In this document: piece after piece, positions 23,136-32,770 of the stretch
How the letters are laid out: each line of letters opens with the position of its first letter
Position numbering within the stretch: position 1 is the first letter of the stretch
Made by a program: the position numbers and the translations under genes
Notes under the pieces: generated by a model
Database searches by the model: none
The model's input: only the letters and a program-made list of their open reading frames with translations
What the model was told of the DNA's origin: nothing
NCBI GenBank assembly: GCA_002633005.1
Contig: NMRA01001039.1
Location: 1 to 34,419, forward strand
DNA: 34,419 nucleotides
Reading direction: 5' to 3'
Origin: Phoronis australis
Taxonomy: Eukaryota; Animalia; Phoronida

Positions 23136-23694
23136 AGATACTCTTTCCGATTCATTTAGTTAAAAATTTCATGAGAAGTATTTTAACGCTAGTTAGTTCA
23201 GCCGAAACTATATTTCGTTCAACACCACCCCAATACTTCCAAACTTAACTGAGTTTAACAGGATTTTTTTATTTAAATTTTATTGTCGGAAGTGTACCAC
23301 CACCTAAAATGGCCACCGTAGTGAGTGACAGCCCACTCATACATTATGAGTACTTATTCAACAGCCGCCACTTCTGCAGAAACCCCCACCCACTATTTAA
23401 AAACTTAACAAAATTGATAGTAAAATACGGCAAACGCAAACAGGGCTCAAAGTTACGAAATGTTTTAGTGATATCTTTCGAGTGACGAAAATAATTATTA
23501 TTAATTGCAGGCGGTCTGGTACACGTTGTACCATATGTGCTCAAGGGTCAAGTAGTGTGGCCCACTGAGACTCGAACCCACGACCTTGAGTAAAGGAAGC
23601 GAACACTTATCCCACTAGGTCACACTGCCTCCTCTAAAGTGAGGAAACTCAGTCTCTGTGTTTTAAATTGATGAATGTAAAGGTAAGAGTATCT
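23136..23694. mobile_element. Kolobok-like MITE (TTAA TSD) containing a SINE
   Basis: TTAA|AGATACTCTT ... AAGAGTATCT|TTAA. Confidence 0.65.
23490..23629 (-). mobile_element. tRNA-derived SINE fragment
   Basis: Minus strand GGCAGTGTGACCTAGTGG (A box)...GGGTTCGAGTCT (B box), then CCCTTGAGCA and an (AAT)n-like tail. The 3' boundary is approximate. Confidence 0.7.
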
Positions 23695-24524
23695 TTAAGC
23701 GGGAATGGACACTACAGTGTTCAGATTGAGAATTGTAATTTGCAGAACATTTCATGATCAAAATTTTACTTTGCTCCTCGTAAAATTTAAAGAGGCTTTA
23801 TAGTTTTATTGCTGAAAAACGCATTTTTGAGATTATTTTGGATGAGATAGACTTTATGAAGTTAGGTTTGACCAGAGCTAAAATCAACAAAACCCGTCAT
23901 TTTTGTGCTTTCTTAACATACCGCCCATTCTCTCTAGCCGAAGTCTACCAGTCGTTCGCCAGATCGAGGCCGGTGACTTTACTAGTTTGTTGCCCTTAAA
24001 GTACTCATGTCATTTACCGAGTGCGATTTAGGGCGTTTTGCTATGAACGCAAAGGTTACCGGATCGTTTCCGCGCTGGGGCTTACTTTCAGAAAATGGCT
24101 TTTCTCGCCGGTGATGCCACTTTTTAAAGCCGTACATAACTGAGCGCTGCTTCGAAGGTCCAATATGTGAAAGTTCAAATTAAGGCGACAAGATAACATA
24201 AATGTAAATTGATGCTTATTTATATTGAGAAAAAGGTCGTCCCACCCCCTGTTGAATGTGCTCTGGCCACCGCCAGAAGCATTCAGTAGACTTCAGCTTG
24301 GTGAATTCATTCTAACGACACAAAACGTAAATATAAATTTGTTTCAGTACTTACCAATAATGCGAGAACTGACAAACAAAGAGACGCCATCTTTCGAAAA
24401 CCTGTACGTTCGTTCTCAGTTGTCGATTTGGGAAGGACCTTGTAAACAAGGTGCTTTATAACTGGAGAAGTGCCACGCCACTGACGGCCAACAGATGTAA
24501 CTAATGTAAGACGCAACGCGCTTA

Positions 24525-24563
24525 TGTGTGTGTGGGGAGGCGTGTGTGTGTGTGTGTGTGNTG
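24525..24563. repeat. (TG)n microsatellite at a single-N assembly join (24561)
   Basis: GT dinucleotide run interrupted by GGGAGGC and by N. Confidence 0.9.
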
Positions 24564-27095
24564 TATGCTGATTTGTCGTTTGTTTGTTTCTTTTTTTTTG
24601 TTCGCTATTCAGCCTTGACCCAGAAGTTTACACACAACCTGTCTCTCGTGAATACCTCGAAGACTATTGGTTATGGTTAAAACCAGAAGCAAGATGACGC
24701 TGTGGTGGCCATTTATCACTTTTTTGTTTCTGTCGGGATTTTTGGTTTTTGATTTGTATAGATTCGAGATTTTCAGAGGACTTGTTTCCAAATAATTGAA
24801 TTTTTTGTGCCGTACCATCAGCGTCCCTTCGCAGATCTTTCTGAAATTTAATATGTGGATAAATCTTTTCAAGCGCTCTCAGTATAGAGTAACACGTTTC
24901 TCGCAGACTTAGCGTTCTCGTGATATTCGATATTCACTGCTTAGATGGCTGTTCTTCTCGTATATATTGGCTATTGATAACTGCACTGTTTGCCTATCAT
25001 GTGCATTTTTCGTCTGATCAACGTAAAAAATTTACGTGCGGTGTTTATTTAGAGGACGTTTGTTTTAAGTAGAATTTAAACAAAAGATGGCGCTGTGAGA
25101 CGAAGATCTTTCGAGTTTAATTTGCGGAGCTCTAGCTCGATAATCGTATTTCGTATGTAAATAGATCTCCTTACGACTATCTAATACCTTAGTGTAACGT
25201 CACAATCATGGTTGTTGATGTTCATTGGTTTTGTCATTCACCACCTCATCTTTTAAAAAAATTTATTCCATTTCACCTAGTGTCGCTCATCAGAGCGCTT
25301 TTATTTTAGTTTGAAGAAATTTCTCCAAGTTAGTTGCTTTGTCAAAAAAATATTTTGTTTTTATTTGTTTCTTTGCCTACACGCTACTGATCGCAATTTT
25401 CTGTGACAAAAGAGCATACATAGTATACAGTATATCGATATTTAAATCAATATCTATATTATTACCTATAAACAGCTGTTTTACTTCTTCCTTTGAAGAC
25501 TGGGACAATGGGTTTGCGGCACTTCATTTTTTTCAGTAGACAAATTTTTCCCGTGTAACCTTACATGACCTGTGTTCAGTGAACGAGAAGAGATGTAATT
25601 CAGAATCGTAAACCAATATGTATTAGTGAATGATCATACCATGATTAAAAATGTTGCATATGTCAGTTCTGCTCCTGTTCACAAAGTCCTAGGCTCCAAT
25701 CCAACTAGATCCAATAGTTAGACTCTTGAGTGAAGTTTCTAGTTCCTCTGCTCGGTCTTCATTTGTGTATATGCCTAGGTGTTACATGTGTGTATTAATA
25801 ACTGAAAATAGTTTTAGGTATTTGGAGTAGCCCGGCTGAGCAATATGTATCAGACCACCTGCACTATTTTTTTACAATCAGAAAGAGAAATGCGTAGATG
25901 GCGTCGTGTTGGAGGCATGTTTTGGCCAAACTTGCCCATTTCCGACCGTCCCAGTGTATTTCATCAAGTGTTAAGACGGGCTTGCATGATCTGAGAACGA
26001 GTTTGGTGCGACAAGGCCTCCATCACCGTGACGCACAAGGGAAATAGACATCTTTTATGAAGCAGACAGTGCTGGAATTTTTGCAACACACCTGCGTGTA
26101 AATAATGTGTATGAAAAAATCATTAACACACCATTTGACAACTTTGCAATTGAGACAAAGGATTTCAATGGGAAAACATGAATATGATTAAAATTTTACT
26201 TCACTCAAAGATAGTTGAACAAATCAAACAATAACCAAACAGTATACTACTCTGGTCTCAGTTCCATATACTCAAGACACTCTTGATTCACTTATGGTGA
26301 GAAATCTACCCTCATGGAAAATAAACAGTGACTTTCTGTGATGAATCGGCAAATGCCGAACATCCGTAACTAACTCGGATAATTCCGTACCCGCTGCGCG
26401 TGGAGTTGCTCCGGACGGGCTTTTTGGGAAGATTTTTATGCTTTGGCCGCGAATTTCTAGCAAACTCGGTGGAGCAGGACACCGTAAAGGGTATTGAAAG
26501 AAAGAACACTTCTTCGTGGTTTGTTGAACCTTAATTTTTGTAAATTCAATGAGTTTTATGTTTGCTATTGACGGCTGAAGTGAAACACCCGTGGAATTTC
26601 CAGTCCGGAGTGTCATAACTTGTAGTATTTTATATAGTGTATTGGATACGATCAGAAGCTGAGGACGTCTGTGGGTGCAATAGGCGTCGAGGACGTGGTA
26701 GTTGGTGATCTTGCGGTTTCGTAGTCTACCTCACCTGCAAATTTTCATTCGATTTCGTAAGTGTCGCTCCTCGATCAGAGCGCTCTCATGACGACAGCAT
26801 CAACTGTGCAGGGTAGGCCTACAATCAGACCGATATATATACCAAGCAAAATAGTAATCACCCACCCCATTTCTATACACACGTAATCTTTAACAAGCAT
26901 CCCAAGTTTATATCAAAGTAGCCGCGAAAACGCGACCCGATAGAATACCAGAAATCGAGAATGCCACCAGTTTCCTCAACAGTGCTGCTACCTCGTGGCC
27001 GATTACCGAGTCAATGGTCAACCACTCAGTTGCATGTAGAAGTTTCACTATTGATCAAATTAAAGGACCAGTGGATATCCGTATGGTGATGAAAA

Positions 27096-27364
27096 TCAAA
27101 TACAGTAGGCATCGTTCAGTTGATTCGAACAAGTTGTTATTCCCGGTCTACTCCGTCCACATCCGCGGCGTACGAAATGCATCGGATAACGCGCACTTCG
27201 GTCACTGAGCCAGCCACAAGCGCACATCTCATACCCCATCTTCCAGGCTGTCTCGAGTTGTACCGGTGTGGCAAGCACTGCCCCTTTCGCCTGGCACGCG
27301 GCTTTGGCTTGCTCGAAAGTGAACTTATATCTACCTTCAGGATGCACCACGTGAAACACTTTAA
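27096..27364 (-). CDS. Link (Xlink, hyaluronan-binding-type) module exon, complete copy; likely terminal exon and probably part of a pseudogene
   Basis: Acceptor tgttatttgttttcag| (phase 1). Encodes VKVFHVVHPEGRYKFTFEQAKAACQAKGAVLATPVQLETAWKMGYEMCACGWLSDRSARYPMHFVRRGCGRSRPGITTCSNQLNDAYCI*, matching the Link consensus VFH...Y..TF.EA...C...GA.LAT..QL..AW..G...C..GWL.D....YP......C......DAYC. Confidence 0.9.
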
Positions 27365-28367
27365 CTGAAAACAAATAACAATAATAAATCATTCCTATTT
27401 CCTTACCACGTAGCCCCGCAATTGAGCGCATAGGCCTATATTGTGGAGCGCTTAATTGCGGGACATTTGAGTGGAACTACCGCAACGGAACTCGGTGTTA
27501 TTTTACCGACGATCAAGCTTTGTTAAAAATAGAGCTATGAGTTTTAAAACTGTACATGTTTAGTATTTAACAATTTGTTAACCTTTTTTGCTGAGGGTGT
27601 CACTGACACTACACGCTGTGTGGAGTAAAATGGTTCTGTGGTGTATTTAAAAAACAAGGCGTGCCATTGTTCCGCATACAGGGGCATGCGCTTGTTTGCG
27701 GAGTAATACAGTAAGGGATACGATAGTCCTGCTGAGGGGATTTCACATTGAAATTTGGTTTGCAATTCAGCACCCGCTATTTTATCATTGGTACTTTCCG
27801 AGAGAGAAAAATCATTATGCATCTGAAAATTTAATCGTTTTGTTACAAAATGGGTCGTATGACTGAGAGGCTTTCCCTGCGACCGTCAATTAGCTTGCCA
27901 AATGCTTTAGTCACCCTTGACAATCAAAAACCATTTATCGGAGTTTCCAAATCTGTTCCAAACTTATGAGGGTTAATTAGGATTATAAAACAACATTTCA
28001 ACTTCTACGATAAAATAAAATTAAATACGGAAAGTACACAGAGGACATTCATTCGCATTCACTTCAACCACGGTAACTATGGTAGGCGTGGAATAGACGG
28101 GTTTGTTGGACCCGTCCATTGGCAGTTATCTCTTATCTAAATTTTGGCTAAGAAGGCATATGCGGCAGTATTCCTGGATACTAGTCTAAATCTAAACAAT
28201 CCAATTTTTGGTTAGGGGCTTTTGTGAACTTACTAAGGTATTAAATGAACTTCAAGTAAAAATTTTCTCCGACGGCAAGCTCCATTTCTCATCGAATATA
28301 TTTTTTAATATCCAGCACAATAATGCGTGACTACAAAATTTTCAAAGGGTTTAGTAGGCCTATCTGT
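27148..28367. repeat. Segment duplicated in 28370-29181 + 31490-32004 (likely uncollapsed haplotype overlap)
   Basis: Collinear high similarity on both sides of the single N at 28369. The second copy has an extra about 90 bp (near 28890-28978) and the 2.3 kb IS3EU-type insertion. Confidence 0.9.
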
Positions 28368-28369
28368 AN

Positions 28370-28586
28370 CTACTCCGTCCACATCCGCGGCGTACGAAAT
28401 GCATCGGATAACGCGCACTTCGGTCACTGAGCCAGCCACAAGCGCACATCTCATACCCCATCTTCCAGGCTACCTCGAGTTGTACCGGTGTGGCAAGCAC
28501 TGCCCCTTTCGTCTGGCACGCGGCTTTGGCTTGCTCGAAAGTGAACTTATAGTGACTTTCAGGATGCATCACGTGAAACACTTTAA
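28370..28586 (-). CDS. Second (probably allelic) copy of the Link exon, truncated by the assembly join at N28369
   Basis: Same acceptor and reading frame as 27364-27148, with 8 substitutions. Ends exactly at the N. Confidence 0.85.
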
Positions 28587-29653
28587 CTGAAAACAAATAA
28601 CAATAATAAATCATTTGTATTTCCCTACCGCGTAGCCCCGCAATTGAGCGCATAGGCCTAATTATGGAGCAACGCTTAATTGCGGGACATTTGATCGGAA
28701 CTACCGCAAAGGAACTCGGTGTTATTTTATCGACGATTAAGCTTTGTTAAAAATAAAGCTATCAGTTTTAAAACTGAATATTTTTAGTATTTAACAATTT
28801 GTTAACCTTTTTTGCTGAGGGTGTCACTGACACTACACGCTATGTGGAGTAAAATGGTTCGGTGGTGTATTTAAAAAGCAAGGCGTGCCTATTATAGGAC
28901 CACCGTCTGGCCCTAATTGCGGAACTTGCGCGTCTTTATGCGGTACATCTGTGTGGAAAAATCTTGCGGAAAAACTCCATTGATCCGCATACAGGGGCAT
29001 GCGGTTGCTGCGGAGTAATACCGTTAGGGATACGATAGTCCTGCTGAGGCGATTTCACATTGAAATTTGGTTTGTAATTCAGCACCCGCTATTTTATCAT
29101 TGGTACTTCCCGAGAGAGAAAAGTCATTATTCAGCTGAAATTTTAATCGTTTTGTTACAAAATGGCTCGTATGACTGAGAGTATGGGCAGCGAAAAGGTT
29201 CAAAATAGACAACACTACCAAATAAACAAGTTAGTTTTCAAACAGACAGGTTATTTGGTTCAGTTTTGGCAAACAGACAGGTTATTTGGTTAAATTTCGA
29301 CAAACAGACAGGTTATTTGGTTAAATTTCGACAAACAGACAGGTTATTTAGCGAACGAACAAGTTAGTTGCGCCGAACAGACAGGTTACTCAGGCCGAAC
29401 GAACAGGTTACTTGTCAAACGAACAGGTCACTTCTACCAAACAGACAGATTAGTCATCGAATGAACGTGTTGGTCTTGCCAAACAGACGTAGTAGTCGAA
29501 CAGACAGGACAGATGGTGCTGTTCCAACTCAAGAAATACGGTTGACGTCACGAAGTCATGAGCCCCGCAACGAGCACAAAAATTCCAAAAAGTTGTTATT
29601 GGTGGTCCGTTGCAGTGAAGACTGAAATTCGTTCATAGGGCTGTTCTCAATTT

Positions 29654-30212
29654 GTCATCGGCCATTCTTAAATAAATTTGTGGAATCGTGATGCACTTGC
29701 TTGTTTAAACCAAGCTGCTGATAAAAAGTAAATGGTAGATTGAACTGTTTCACGACCACGTACATAAACAGGTATTCAAAGCTTTTTTCGGCCACCCCGC
29801 CAATTAATCGTTATTCCATAATTTGAGGTCAAACCGTTAAGATTATGACATGCAATCATGTGTGATCAGGTTTGTTTCTGCGTTATCCTCATCTTTGACG
29901 AAAGTTGAAACTGACGTGGTCCTGTATTCGCCGTACTATTGCGAAGTTAGTTATCGACCATTCTTAACATAAATTTATGGAATCATGATGCGTGTGTTTG
30001 TTGAAATGAAGCTGCAGATTACAAGCAAAAATAGTAGAACTGTTTACGACAACGTACTAAAACAGGTCTTCAAAGCTTGGTTCGGCCAGTGGCACCCCGC
30101 CAATTAATTGTCATTACATAAACTGTTAATATTACGACATGCAATCAAGTTTGTTACTTTGTGATTACATATTTACAGGGTTATCCTCTTCTTTGAAGAA
30201 ATTTGAAATTGA
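29654..30212. repeat. Diverged tandem duplication (about 296-bp period) inside the IS3EU-type element
   Basis: 29654-29914 and 29950-30212 share CCATTCTTAA..ATAAATTT.TGGAATC.TGATGC, AAACAGGT.TTCAAAGCTT, CACCCCGCCAATTAAT, GACATGCAATCA and GTTATCCTC in order. Confidence 0.85.
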
Positions 30213-30229
30213 TACCTATGAGGACTCAC

Positions 30230-30527
30230 ATTTGAAAAAAGAGAGTTGTTCTTCCGTTATGTCAAACTTCGGCCTTCCAACATGACTAGTGATTTCAAGC
30301 GGGGGAGAGGGTGTTTCAGTGGATTCGGCTACTGGTGTTCCGAGGTTTGCTAATACTTCTCTGATAGCATTTAATTCCATCACAAAATCATCGGGCACAT
30401 TAGCGTCCTCAATCATTCTCTGCAAGATTTCCTCTAACTGGTATTCAACTCTGTACTGCATAGCAATGAGACTATTTTCTCGAATACAATTTAACACGAA
30501 GGCAAGTGCACGGATATATTGTTCCAT
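30230..30527 (-). CDS. First coding exon of an IS3EU-type transposase (N-terminal fragment)
   Basis: Acceptor tattttcag| at 30537, ATG at 30527, donor |gtgagt after 30230. Encodes MEQYIRALAFVLNC...VGRPKFDITEEQLSFFK. GRPxFxIxxEQL precedes the HTH in these integrase-like transposases. No downstream DDE exons are seen. Confidence 0.7.
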
Positions 30528-32341
30528 CTTCAAAACCCTGAAAATACATACACATATACATGAATACATACATACATAAATATTTACATTAGAACATAAA
30601 TGCATGTATAAATTTACGTATGTATAAATACAGCGGTTGCCATGAACCGAACGGCACGACTTGAACATAGCCCAGGACCTGAGACCGAGCCTCGGGGATT
30701 GCGGCGCATGCAGTGTTACATTGCGCTATCTAAAATTACGCAACCCGGCGTCGATAGTTGACCCTACTTGTTGATCCGAGGCAGGTTTGGAAAACTGAAA
30801 TTCGACAAGATGTCTAAATACGACTGTAAAACAGATACCCGCGTCATTCATCATTTAATCTCACACTAAAACTTTATGTGTATTATCTTATCCAGGTTTA
30901 TGTCTGCCAAAATAAAAAAAAACAAAATAAGAAAGGTGCTGTTTCTTAACAAGCTGTAGTTTTACTCTATTATATTGATTGCAATAAAAATTCTACAGAA
31001 TAAAGAAGAAATAGTCATGATCCTACCTTTCAGCTACAGCTTCAAAATGTCCAATGGCGCAAAGCCACAGCATGCAGTTTTTGTCTCATCCCAAAATAAA
31101 AATACCATAATGCATGTTCGGGGATCAGTCAGATTGAGACTCCGTGACGTCATTCGTCTTCAAGTAGCGCCCTCTGTTCATTTGCCATGCTTGTCTTGTT
31201 CGTTTAACAAATGACTTGTCTGTTCGACAAGTTGAGCCTACCAGGTTACTTGTCTGTTTGGTAACCTCACTTAATCATTTGCCAACTTACTTGTTCGTTC
31301 AACAGTAGGCACTTGTTTATTCGACAGAATCTGCAAAGTTGTCTTGTCTGTTTGGAAAACCATAGCATTCTTGACTTGTTTATTTGACAAATCACTTGTC
31401 TGTTTAGCAAGCCACTTGTCTGTTTGTCAAACCACTTGTTTATTTGGCAGTGTTGTCTATTTTGAACCTTTTCGCTGCCCATATGAGAGACTTTCCCTAC
31501 GACCGTCAATTAGCTTGCCAAATGCTTTAGTCACCCTTGACAATCAAAACCATTTGTCGGAGTTTCCAAATCTGTTCCAAACTTTCCAGGGTTAATTAGG
31601 ATTTTAAAACATTCCAACTTCTACGATAAACTAAATTAAATACAGAAAAAAACACAGAGAACATTCATTCACATTCACTTCAACCACAGTAACTATGGTA
31701 GGCTTGGACTAGACGGGTTTGTTGGAACCATCGATAGGGAGTTATCTCTTATCTGAATTTTGGCTAAGAAGGCATATGCCGCAGTATTCCTGGATACTAG
31801 TCTAAACCTAAACAATTCAATTTTTGGTTAGGGGCTTTTGTGAACTTACTAAGGTATTAAATGAACTTGAAGTAAAAATTTCCTCCGACGGTAAGCTCCA
31901 TTTCTCATTCATCATATCAGGTCTAACTTCGAATATATTTTTTAATATCCAGCACAATAATGAGTGACTACAACCTTTTCAAAGGGTTTAGTAGGCCTAC
32001 CTGTCCGGAGTGCTAAAATAATTTCAGGAAGACGCGGTGTAGGTTCATATATATCATTCAACGAAAATCGTTTGCAGGTCGGGAGGTAAGCAAAGTTATT
32101 GAGTAGGCACAGGAAAGTTTGATGTGAAACGCCATGGCCCACAACTGTTTGTGTACCTGTCGCTAATAAGTTTTGTTCCACAATTGTCACAAGAGTTTCA
32201 AAATTCGGCCCAGTCGCCAGTAACTTGGTGTCATTCCAGACTCAAAAATACACAGATACGTTGGTACCTTAGCCGGTTCATAATAGATTTGTCCCGGTGA
32301 TTAGAAGAGTTGAAGTTCCGAGAACTTTTAAAAACACTTAC

Positions 32342-32770
32342 CCTTACGGCAAAAACATTGGCTCAAGGAATCTAGCTTTGACGTGTGTTAATCGAGCGAC
32401 ATCTGTAGTTTTTCATGAGCAGCTGTAGCCTTTGCTTCATGTCTTTTGGCTTCATCTTGTGTAAGCCTACTCGTGTTCAAAATCCGGTCCAGTTTATCTC
32501 CATTGTTTGAAATGAGGGAATTTAGATTGTCAATTTCGGTAACCTTAGTTTTAATGTCAGCCACGTTCGATGCAAGGCATGACAGTTTGCTGGTGAAAGC
32601 CTTCGTGTTTGCAGCATTACTTCTAGCCTGCTACATCAGATTTGCGTTCATCGCAGACAACAAAGTATTCATCTGGTTGTACAACTCCGACATGCGTTCC
32701 AGCTCAGTTTTGACATCTGCAAGAGCCACTGCCGTATTGTCACAGGACGCAGTCGTTATTGTTGTGGAGG
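32342..32770 (-). pseudogene. Coiled-coil-like exon upstream of the Link exon, with two in-frame stops and interrupted by a TE
   Basis: One frame reads STTITTASCDNTAVALADVKTELERMSELYNQMNTLLSAMNANLM*QARSNAANTKAFTSKLSCLASNVADIKTKVTEIDNLNSLISNNGDKLDRILNTSRLTQDEAKRHEAKATAAHEKLQMSLD*HTSKLDSLSQCFCRK. It ends at a consensus phase-1 donor G|GTAAGT (32342/32341) compatible with the phase-1 Link acceptor. Stops are TAG at 32633-32631 and TAA at 32390-32388. Confidence 0.68.

Larger units (their letters stand above)
29182..31483 (-). mobile_element. IS3EU-type DNA transposon, non-autonomous deletion derivative (2302 bp)
   Basis: 50-bp TIRs TATGGGCAGCGAAAAGGTTCAAAATAGACAACACTRCCAAATAAACAAGT (29182-29231, 31434-31483; 1 mismatch). 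6-bp TSD TGAGAG (29176-29181, 31484-31489), single at the empty site 27864-27869. Subterminal AAACAGACARGT arrays are inverted at the two ends. TAY..RTA ends with a 6-bp TSD are characteristic of IS3EU. Confidence 0.88.

Noticed and set aside
23550-23629. tRNA-like sequences (also 10400-10465 and 19584-19658) as real tRNA genes
   Set aside because: A and B boxes are present, but I could not fold convincing acceptor and anticodon stems, and each lies within a repeat element.
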